Assembly: GCA_038227875.1 (NCBI GenBank)
Contig: JBBRPR010000084.1
Coordinates: 1 to 32,630, forward strand
Source: Planctomycetota bacterium
GTDB taxonomy: Bacteria > Planctomycetota > SZUA-567 > H5-PLA8
Direction of reading: 5' to 3'
Length of the DNA: 32,630 nucleotides
The position numbers and the translations under genes are program-made. Positions 9,990-17,864 of the stretch are shown here, piece after piece. A model generated the notes under the pieces. That model had not been told where the DNA came from. It was given only the letters and a program-made list of their open reading frames with translations, and did not search any database. Within the stretch, counting starts at the first letter, position 1; each line of letters opens with the position of its first letter.

Positions 9990-12900
9990 ATGCAGATGAA
10001 TGTCCTGCTGTTCGCCACCGCCACCGCTATAGCGGCGCTGGCCATGTCCGCTCCGATTTGCGCCGCCGACGCTCCGGTGTTCGTGCCGGACGGCGAACGC
10101 GCGGAGCTCGATCTGTCCGGCACGTGGGAGGGCGTGAGCACCACTGTCGCTCTGCCGTGGCCGCCGCCGGAAGCCGGCTGGCAGCCGCTGCCGGTGCCCG
10201 CGCAAGATTGCGCGCTGATCGATGGCGACACCAGTCCGTATCAGCCGCCGCTGCCCGAGAGACTCATCGCCGCAGACGGAAAGGGACCGGCCAAACGCGA
10301 GAAGCAGGCCGCGTGGTTCCGCCGAAGTTTTGAGCTTCCCGGCGGCGTGCCCGCGGGAAAGCGTGCGCTGCTGCACTGCGAAGGGATCGCCTGGCGCAGC
10401 GTCGTGCGATTGAACGGAACTCAAGTCGGCGCGTCCATTCTCGGCGTTGTTCCCAACACCTACGACGTTACATCCGCGCTGAAAAACGGCACGAATCAAC
10501 TGGTCATCGGCGCCACCTGCCGCTCGGGTTTGTGGGACGCGGAACACAAAACGTTCATCGCGCCAACTCCGGCGGTGATGCCCGGCATCTGGGGTGGCGT
10601 GCGCCTGGAACTGGTTCCCGAGACCCGCATCGACGACGTCTGGGTGCGCACGTTCGTCGCCAAAAAGCTGTTCGAAGTGGAGTTGACGCTGATCAACACC
10701 GGCGCGGCGCCGCGCACGCTCCTCCCGCGCGTGATTGCGCGTGGCCCCGACGGCCGGCCGGCTTGCGCATTGGACTCCCCAGCGGTGACGCTGGCTGCCG
10801 GAGAGACGCGCGCCGTGGTGCTGGCCGCAAATTGGGTGGCGCCGCATCTGTGGTCGCCGAGCACGCCGGTCACGTACACGGCGGAAGTTTCGCTCCACGA
10901 TGGCGCGGTGGAAGTGGATCGCGCGTCCACCGTCTTCGGCTTCCGGGAATTCACGGCCAGTGGCCGCGACTTCCTGCTCAACGGACGCCGCCAGGTGCTG
11001 CTGCGAAATTCCTGGCTGACCGGACCGGCCGCCGGCCGCGAGCAGGTCTACCGCCAGCTCCGCGACGAGACCACGAACTTCAATTGCATCCGCCTCCATC
11101 TCAATTTCATCAACACCCACACCATCGAGCAGTCCGATCACATCGGCATGATGGTCATTCCGGAATTCTGGGGCTGGTTTGAAAACGCCAACCGGTGCTG
11201 GCCCTCGGAGCAGTCGGCGATCTGGCTGCCCGCCGTACAGGAAACCATGGCGCGGACGGTGAAGCGCTACCGCAATCACCCGTCGGTGATTATGTGGAGC
11301 ATGGCCAACGAAACGATGTGGAACGACACCCGGCCGGATTGGATGGCCATCGCCGGCACGCTGGTCGACACCGTCCGCCGCGCGGATCCCACGCGCCTGC
11401 TGCAAGGCGACGCCGAGATCACCTGGAACGGCCGCCTCGACGCGATCAGCATTCATTACCCGGAGGGCGATGCGCTCGAGACCGGCACGCCGCGCGACCA
11501 TTATCCCAATGCCAGTTGGATCATTCCCAACGATCTCGATTGGATCAAGAAAGAAGGTGTGAAGCATTCCTGGCGCGCCGATTTCACCTGGGACCGGCCG
11601 CTGATGCTCGGTGAGTTCTATTGCCCCGACGACTCTGCCGTCGAGAACTGCTCGGCATACATGGGCGACGAAGCGTTCGATCTGGCGAAGTGGCGCTGGC
11701 AGGCCTGGGACGGCCGGGAAGCGCTGATGCCGCGTGCCGATAACGGCTGGTTGCGCATGGTCAAGATCAGTTCGACCCGTTATCGCGCCGCCGGCGTGGC
11801 CTGTCTCAATCCCTGGACGGGCCTGGGCGTCGACATGGTCCCGCCGCTGTTGGTCCGCCCGCTCGACCTGCATCCCAATGCGTTTGGCGGCGAAGACTGC
11901 ACGCGCCGTATTTTCGTGGCCAACGACACCGGGATGAGCTGGTACGGCATGCAGCTGCAAGTCGGTCTGATCAGCGGCGGCCGTACGCTCTGGAGCGACG
12001 AGAAATATCCCGCGCAGGTGGATCCTGGCCAGTCGAAGGAAATCACGATCACGCTCCGTCCTCCGCAGGTCGATGCGGTCACCGCAGCGACGCTGGTCGT
12101 GCGCCTGCGCTGGCACCGCGGCTCGGAATACATCGAGATTGCCCGCCACGAAGAGCCGTTGTGGATCTGCCCGCGCGCGAACCTGAATGGCGCCGATGCC
12201 TCTGCCGTGGCGCTGGTCGATACCGCCGACGGCCCGACCGCGAAGGCCTTCGCGAATGCGGGGCTGACGCTTACGCCCGGCGCGTGCGATGATGCCGCGC
12301 TGGCCGGCAAACGCCTGCTGGTGATCGGCGAGAACGCGATCGCGAAAGCCGATCTCGCGGCCGCCGCGCGCTTCGCCGACAATGGCGGACAGGTGCTGGT
12401 CCTGCATCAGGAGACCGTGGAGCCGTTTGTGCCCGGTTTGCCTGATGTTGATGAACTCCACGCCGCCTCGATGAGCTGGCGCAACGACATTTCGACTCCG
12501 GCGCTTTCCGGACTCGCCGACGGGCAGCTGCGCTGGTGGCGTCCCGATCATCTCGTGGCGACGCGCACCCTTGTTCGTCCCTCCGCCGGTCCAGCCGCGT
12601 CGCTGGCGGCCAGCGGTGGCCGCTACGGCATGCACTGGTCGCCGCTGGCGGACGTGCGGTACGGAAAGGGCTCCGTGACCGTCTGTCAGTATCTGCTCTG
12701 CGATCGCATCGCCGTTGAACCGGCGGCGCGCTTGATTCTGGTCCAGGCCGTGCGCGCTGCGCTGGCGGCCAAGCCGCTCGACGTTGCGCCGCCGCTGCGC
12801 CTCGCGCCGGGTGTGAGCAAGTCCGTGCAAACAGTGCTCGCCGATTGTTCGGTGACGGTCAGCGACGGATGGGCGGGAAGGGGACCGGTGATGCTCAACG

Positions 12901-14621
12901 CCGCCGTGCCTCCCGACGCGGAGACGCTGGCCAGGTTGCGCGCGGACGTGGAAGCCGGCGGCGCGCTGTGGCTGCGCGGACTCGATGCGAAAACCTTGCC
13001 CGGCGTCGCGTCGCTGCTGCCGTGGACGCCGGGTTTTGCGCCGCTGGCCGAGAGCGACCTGGTGGCCGCGCGGCGTGCAGATCATCGCTTGATCAACGGT
13101 CTGGGCACCGCCGACTTCGCCTGGTCGCGCGTCAAGAAAGCCACCGCACCGCTGGGCGGGCCGGTGCTGGTGCCGCCGTCGGAAGGTGCCGCCGTAATTC
13201 TGCTCGAACCGGCGCTGCTGGTCGCGGTGCCTCTGGGAAAAGGCGTGATCCTGGTCGATCAGCTCGCGTGGGATGGTGCTGAATCGGCGGAGACCGAACG
13301 CGTCACCCGCATCGTCAGTTGTCTGGCGCGCAACCTCGGCGCCGGTTTCCACCTGGCAGTGGGCAAGCGCTACCGCTTCGCGCAACTGGATCTCTCCGCG
13401 CAGGCCAATCGCGGTTTCGTGGACGAGAAATCCGGCGACGGCGGTGGCGGCTGGACCGACCAGGGCGACAACGACATGCGTTACTTCCTCGTCAATCACA
13501 CCGGCATGCTCAACGGCATGGCCGTGCCCACCCAGGCCTTTCCCACTACGGCGAAGTTCAACGGCATTCCGGTCCGGCTGCTCGATCCCAAGGCCAACGG
13601 CGGAAAGTCCGTGATCACCCTGCGCGGTGGCCCGCACGATCCGGCCGCGCCGACGGAAGTTCGCGGCATACCCGCTCCCGCCAATGGCGCGAAAGCCGAC
13701 CGGCTCTGGTTCCTCCACACCGGTTGCTGGGGCAGCGCGGGCGGCTACGGTGTCGCAGTGGCGCAATACGAAGTTGTGTACACCGACGGTTCTCGCGTCA
13801 CCGTACCGGTGCGGCAGGGCATTGAAATCAGCGACTGGTGGAATCCGCAGCCCGTCGCCGGCGCGCAGGTGGCCTGGACCGGCCGCAACGAACAGCACGC
13901 GCCGATCGGGATTTACCTGATGCCGTGGACCAACCCCACTCCCGACAAGGCCATCGCGAGCATCGATGTCGTGGGCAGTCTGGCCGAAACCCAGGTAGTG
14001 CTGCTGGGCATCACGCTGGGTCTCGAAGAGGGTTCCGAACATACCATGGCCTCCTGGGACTGCGGCACGTTTGTTGATGGCAAAGTGCAGGGCGTCGGCT
14101 CACCGCTGCAAGGCACCGGCACGCCCGCGGTGTTGGGCAAGCGCGCGCTCCTGAAATTGGCGGGCGGCCAGTCGCTCACCACCGAGCTCACTACCGGGCC
14201 GCTGGCTGCGGGAACGCCCGTGGCCCTCGAGATCGAAGTCTCTCCCGACGGCAAACCGGGCGGCTACTTCGGCGGGTTGGTGGAGGCCGGCAGTTACCAA
14301 CACGCCGGACTGCGGATGCTCCTCCGTCACGATCTGCGTGTGGTGATCGAACACTTCGCTGGAGAAGGACCTGATCATGCCACGTACCTCGTGTCCAAGG
14401 AGCCGCTGACCGTGGGACAACTGAGCACCGTTCGTTACGAACACGACGGACATCACGCGCGGCTGCTGATCAACGGCAAGCTCGATGCACTCGCAGACTG
14501 TCCGCCACCGGCCGCATGGTCGGGCCGCATGACCATCGGCGTGGCGGGTGGGAAGGATTACTTCTTCAACGGCGCCGTGGGTCTCATCCGACTGGTGGCA
14601 TTGACGCCGACGTTACCGTGA
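9990..14621 (+). CDS. Secreted multidomain GH2 glycoside hydrolase with accessory carbohydrate-binding domains and C-terminal LamG-like domain
   Basis: Signal peptide; LDLSGTW, AWFRRSF, GIWGGVRL, LWSP, FGFREF; acid/base NHPSVIMWSMANE; probable nucleophile PLMLGEF; C-terminal LamG (LLINGKL..IG..DYFFNG). Confidence 0.9.
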   Translation: MQMNVLLFATATAIAALAMSAPICAADAPVFVPDGERAELDLSGTWEGVSTTVALPWPPPEAGWQPLPVPAQDCALIDGDTSPYQPPLPERLIAADGKGPAKREKQAAWFRRSFELPGGVPAGKRALLHCEGIAWRSVVRLNGTQVGASILGVVPNTYDVTSALKNGTNQLVIGATCRSGLWDAEHKTFIAPTPAVMPGIWGGVRLELVPETRIDDVWVRTFVAKKLFEVELTLINTGAAPRTLLPRVIARGPDGRPACALDSPAVTLAAGETRAVVLAANWVAPHLWSPSTPVTYTAEVSLHDGAVEVDRASTVFGFREFTASGRDFLLNGRRQVLLRNSWLTGPAAGREQVYRQLRDETTNFNCIRLHLNFINTHTIEQSDHIGMMVIPEFWGWFENANRCWPSEQSAIWLPAVQETMARTVKRYRNHPSVIMWSMANETMWNDTRPDWMAIAGTLVDTVRRADPTRLLQGDAEITWNGRLDAISIHYPEGDALETGTPRDHYPNASWIIPNDLDWIKKEGVKHSWRADFTWDRPLMLGEFYCPDDSAVENCSAYMGDEAFDLAKWRWQAWDGREALMPRADNGWLRMVKISSTRYRAAGVACLNPWTGLGVDMVPPLLVRPLDLHPNAFGGEDCTRRIFVANDTGMSWYGMQLQVGLISGGRTLWSDEKYPAQVDPGQSKEITITLRPPQVDAVTAATLVVRLRWHRGSEYIEIARHEEPLWICPRANLNGADASAVALVDTADGPTAKAFANAGLTLTPGACDDAALAGKRLLVIGENAIAKADLAAAARFADNGGQVLVLHQETVEPFVPGLPDVDELHAASMSWRNDISTPALSGLADGQLRWWRPDHLVATRTLVRPSAGPAASLAASGGRYGMHWSPLADVRYGKGSVTVCQYLLCDRIAVEPAARLILVQAVRAALAAKPLDVAPPLRLAPGVSKSVQTVLADCSVTVSDGWAGRGPVMLNAAVPPDAETLARLRADVEAGGALWLRGLDAKTLPGVASLLPWTPGFAPLAESDLVAARRADHRLINGLGTADFAWSRVKKATAPLGGPVLVPPSEGAAVILLEPALLVAVPLGKGVILVDQLAWDGAESAETERVTRIVSCLARNLGAGFHLAVGKRYRFAQLDLSAQANRGFVDEKSGDGGGGWTDQGDNDMRYFLVNHTGMLNGMAVPTQAFPTTAKFNGIPVRLLDPKANGGKSVITLRGGPHDPAAPTEVRGIPAPANGAKADRLWFLHTGCWGSAGGYGVAVAQYEVVYTDGSRVTVPVRQGIEISDWWNPQPVAGAQVAWTGRNEQHAPIGIYLMPWTNPTPDKAIASIDVVGSLAETQVVLLGITLGLEEGSEHTMASWDCGTFVDGKVQGVGSPLQGTGTPAVLGKRALLKLAGGQSLTTELTTGPLAAGTPVALEIEVSPDGKPGGYFGGLVEAGSYQHAGLRMLLRHDLRVVIEHFAGEGPDHATYLVSKEPLTVGQLSTVRYEHDGHHARLLINGKLDALADCPPPAAWSGRMTIGVAGGKDYFFNGAVGLIRLVALTPTLP

Positions 14622-14627
14622 AGCACC

Positions 14628-15776
14628 TCACAATTGAGGCGTCACAGGCACCACGATCCGGAAACCGACGTAGTCGAAGCGGTTTTCCGGATCGCTCCAG
14701 ATGCGGATTGTCGCCCGGCAGTTCCACGGATCGGTGCACCACGAACCGCCGCGCAACATACGACCGGCGCCATGCACAGACCCTATGGGGTTCTGCGTTG
14801 GCGAGGTCCGGTAAGAGTTGTCGCCATGGAGATCCTGGCACCACTGCCACACATTGCCTTCCATATCAAAAAGCCCGAAGGCGTTGGCCTCCTTCTGCCC
14901 GACTGGATGTGTCCTGGATTTGCTGTTGGCTGACGTCCAGGCGACGCGGGCCAGATCGGCTTCTCCATGGCCTGACGAATACGATGTGGTCGTCCCGGCC
15001 CGGCAGGCAAACTCCCACTCCGCTTCGGACGGAAGTCGAACGGATTCCTTCGTCAGCTCAGATAACTCCGCAATAAAGGCCTGCGCGTCGTTCCAGGAGA
15101 TCAGCTCCACCGGATTGTCCTTGCCGCTGAAATTGCTGGGATTCGTGCCGACGACCCATTCATATTGCTCCTGCGTCACCGTGAACTTCCCCATGTAAAA
15201 GGGCTGGCTAAGCGTGACGGGATGCGCCGGCTTCTCGTCGTCCCAGGCATTTTTGTAGCGCGTCATTGCTGCGTTGAACTCCATGCGACAGGTCTCCAAC
15301 GCTCGCGCCGAATGCCGCCAATGCAACCCGCTCAGCACGCACCCGCCCGTGACCAGCGTGATCAGTGTCAATCGACCCAGCGACAGTTGCGGCCCACGCC
15401 GGTTCCGGATGGCTCTGCAGGCGACGACGAGCAACATCACCAGCAACGCCGTGCCGCTCGCCGCCAAACACGCTTTTCCAATCACGATGTTTTGATGGAA
15501 CTTCGATTCATCAAGCGGCGTGGGCTCCGCCATTCCCATGACGAACTTTCCCGCTGGGACCAAGACCAGGTCCAGCTTGACCGCACCGGGGAGATCCAGC
15601 GACTTCGTCGCCGGCAAATGGGCGCGCTGGGCGTACTCCGCGACAGACTCCCGACCGTCCCAAAGCGGGTAGGTCCTGGAGGGAGGAGCACCGGAGGGAA
15701 GGAGGGTTGTCGTCAGCGAGAGGACGAGCAGGGCAAGCCCTGAAGTCAGCTTAAAGATGATGGTGTAGCCCCCCAC
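14628..15776 (-). CDS. FGE-sulfatase/SUMF1 (C-type lectin fold) domain protein with inserted TM hairpin; start uncertain (GTG 15776 or ATC 15761)
   Basis: C-terminal part of the 14628..17834 ORF: VPAGKFVMG, EKPAHPV, VTQEQY, RLPSEAEWEFACRAG, NAFGLFDMEGNVWQW, RGGSW, GFRIV. Confidence 0.85.
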   Translation of the reverse strand: MGGYTIIFKLTSGLALLVLSLTTTLLPSGAPPSRTYPLWDGRESVAEYAQRAHLPATKSLDLPGAVKLDLVLVPAGKFVMGMAEPTPLDESKFHQNIVIGKACLAASGTALLVMLLVVACRAIRNRRGPQLSLGRLTLITLVTGGCVLSGLHWRHSARALETCRMEFNAAMTRYKNAWDDEKPAHPVTLSQPFYMGKFTVTQEQYEWVVGTNPSNFSGKDNPVELISWNDAQAFIAELSELTKESVRLPSEAEWEFACRAGTTTSYSSGHGEADLARVAWTSANSKSRTHPVGQKEANAFGLFDMEGNVWQWCQDLHGDNSYRTSPTQNPIGSVHGAGRMLRGGSWCTDPWNCRATIRIWSDPENRFDYVGFRIVVPVTPQL

Positions 15777-15899
15777 TTCAGGTTCGTCGAACGGGGACAA
15801 AGTACTTCTTTTGGCGTTTTTAGTCAACCAATACTGAAATAACTTGCAGTTATATAAGTCTTTATAAGTTATAACTTTAAGAATTTTAAAATAAATATT

Positions 15900-15915
15900 T
15901 TGCAATGGATTGCAA
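15900..15915. promoter_or_regulatory. LacI-type operator TTGCAATGGATTGCAA
   Basis: 14/16 palindrome, one mismatch from TTGCAATCGATTGCAA; matches the 7606 site (shared ATTTTGCAATSGAT); lies in the divergent AT-rich gap. Confidence 0.6.
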
Positions 15916-16055
15916 CGCGTTTGTGTGGTAATAATGACGACGCATTTGAGAAGGCCGGTGGAGGTGTTTCCTCGGGGCACCGCCTTCTTCATCCTCAGAA
16001 AAATTGGGCAACCGTGCGGCTCCAAAATCCGGCGAAGATCCATTCGGAGAAGCTC

Positions 16056-17798
16056 ATGAAGATTTTTTTCTGCGATCAGTGTGGATTGCGCATTCCAGCA
16101 ACTGAAGTCGCGCGGATCCTGCCCGACGGCGACACCTGCGCGGCCGTGGCGTGTGCCAACTGCATGCTGGTCGGCGCGTCGCCGAAAACCTCGCCACAGA
16201 AGCGGCCGCGAATTTCGCGGACGACGATGATTCCATCCCGCACAGTTTCGCGGCAGACCGCTGTCCCGCAACCCGTCGCCTTGGGAATCGGTGTCGGCCT
16301 CGGCGCACGGCTTTCCAAAAAATCGCTCATTGGCGGACTCAGCGTCGTGATGTTGATAACGGTGTGCTGGGGTGTTTTTTCGTCGCCGGCCAGCACTCCG
16401 GCCAAAGAAGCCACTGTTGCTGAAGCACCCAAAGAGACCCGGCAGGCCCAGTCCGTTCCGCAGAAGCCGGAGGTCGGCCAGGAGGCCGCTGACGTGGCGC
16501 CGCATTTCCTGGCCAAAGCGTCCGCCAGTCCGACCATCCTGAGCGAGTGGGCCAGCATTAACATGAGCGGGATGAAGGCCATTGGCGGTTGGAATATGGT
16601 GTTCAGCCCGGACAAGACGATCAAGAGTCTCAAGCCCGGGCTGCCTGCTCTGATCGCCAACGAGTCGGGAACCCCTGAAGCGGTCATGCAGAACGGGATG
16701 AATGCGCTCCATTTCAAAAACGGACAGAGCCTGCTGGCGCCCAGCGGAACACTTACGGGTCTGGATTCTGGAAAGATCTTCGCTGTCGAAGTCCGGCTCC
16801 GCGTGGATGAGTTGCCCGCGACGGGCGGAGTGATGGGCGTTCTGGAAGCGGGCGGCGCCTCGGGAATTCGAATCCTGATCACCGACCAGTCCAAGATGCG
16901 AGTCGACGGGTGGGGCAAGGGCACCAACTTTTCGATGGGGAACACGGACATTCCGCTCAACCAGGTCTTCACGGTCCGGGTCATTTTTGGCGCGGACTAT
17001 TGCGCCTTGCTGATCGACGACAAAATCATGGAGATGACCAGGGGCGCGGCACCCGCGGTGACCTGCCCCCTGTCCATTGGCCGGGCGCTCAGCACATTCC
17101 TGAATGGCACTGTTGAATTCGTAAAATTCCATGCTCATGCCGATGACGCTCCGGCCGCGGTCGCGGCGGCTGCGGGTAAAATCAGCGAGTGGGAACACAA
17201 TGCGACAAGCGGCATGAAGACAACCGGCGAGTGGGACATGGGGAAGGTCTCTGGAACCCTGGTGCGCAGTTCGGTTCCGGGGGCCGGATCTTTCAGCTTC
17301 GACCCGAACCAGCAGCCGGTCAGTGCGGTGGTGGACGGGCAGAAAGTTCTGCGCTTTCGAAATGGACAAACGCTGCTCGGCGATCCCAAGCAGATTCCGG
17401 GATTCTGCCGGGGCAAGCCGTTTGCCGTTGAGTTTGTGTTGCGCATGGAAGAGAAGTCTCCCGGAGCGCTGGGCGGCATTCTTGAAACCGGAGTGTATTT
17501 GAAAAACGGTTTCAGACTGATGACTGCCGGCCAGACGTTGAGCGCTGAGTGTTTCGCCGAACACCCGCGCTATCCCAGCAGCAAGGGCGAACTGGAACTC
17601 AATCGGTTCTACACAGTGATGCTCAGTTTTGGCGAGTCCCACATGTCGTTCCTGCTGGACGGGAAACTGACTTCGCTGGTCGCCAGTCCGCCGCCGCTCA
17701 CCAGCGACAACAGAATCCTGATCGGGCACGGCAGCGGCACCGATTACTTCTTTCAGGGTTGCTTGAAAAGCCTGAAGACCTTCTCCGCGGAAAAGTAA
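16056..17798 (+). CDS. Zinc-ribbon - TM - tandem LamG-like domain membrane protein
   Basis: ATG 16056 with GGAGA RBS; FFCDQCGLRI...CANC; basic linker; TM (LIGGLSVVMLITVCWGVF); Pro/Ala linker; two internally repeated jelly-roll domains. Confidence 0.78.
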   Translation: MKIFFCDQCGLRIPATEVARILPDGDTCAAVACANCMLVGASPKTSPQKRPRISRTTMIPSRTVSRQTAVPQPVALGIGVGLGARLSKKSLIGGLSVVMLITVCWGVFSSPASTPAKEATVAEAPKETRQAQSVPQKPEVGQEAADVAPHFLAKASASPTILSEWASINMSGMKAIGGWNMVFSPDKTIKSLKPGLPALIANESGTPEAVMQNGMNALHFKNGQSLLAPSGTLTGLDSGKIFAVEVRLRVDELPATGGVMGVLEAGGASGIRILITDQSKMRVDGWGKGTNFSMGNTDIPLNQVFTVRVIFGADYCALLIDDKIMEMTRGAAPAVTCPLSIGRALSTFLNGTVEFVKFHAHADDAPAAVAAAAGKISEWEHNATSGMKTTGEWDMGKVSGTLVRSSVPGAGSFSFDPNQQPVSAVVDGQKVLRFRNGQTLLGDPKQIPGFCRGKPFAVEFVLRMEEKSPGALGGILETGVYLKNGFRLMTAGQTLSAECFAEHPRYPSSKGELELNRFYTVMLSFGESHMSFLLDGKLTSLVASPPPLTSDNRILIGHGSGTDYFFQGCLKSLKTFSAEK

Positions 17799-17864
17799 TT
17801 CATTGAGGTGCCGGTCGCCTGTCGGCGCTGGCACCGAGCTTTGACTTGCGGCATATTACCCGCC

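Noticed and set aside
7854..14042. 2062-aa minus-strand ORF
   Set aside because: Antisense shadow of the two hydrolase genes; no motifs; typical of high-GC codon bias.
15777..17834. N-terminal ~690 aa of the 1068-aa ORF
   Set aside because: Antisense to the Zn-ribbon/LamG gene and crosses an AT-rich intergenic patch; only the FGE part is real.
17829..17846. Sigma54 promoter (TGGCAC...)
   Set aside because: No GC at the -12 position with the required spacing.
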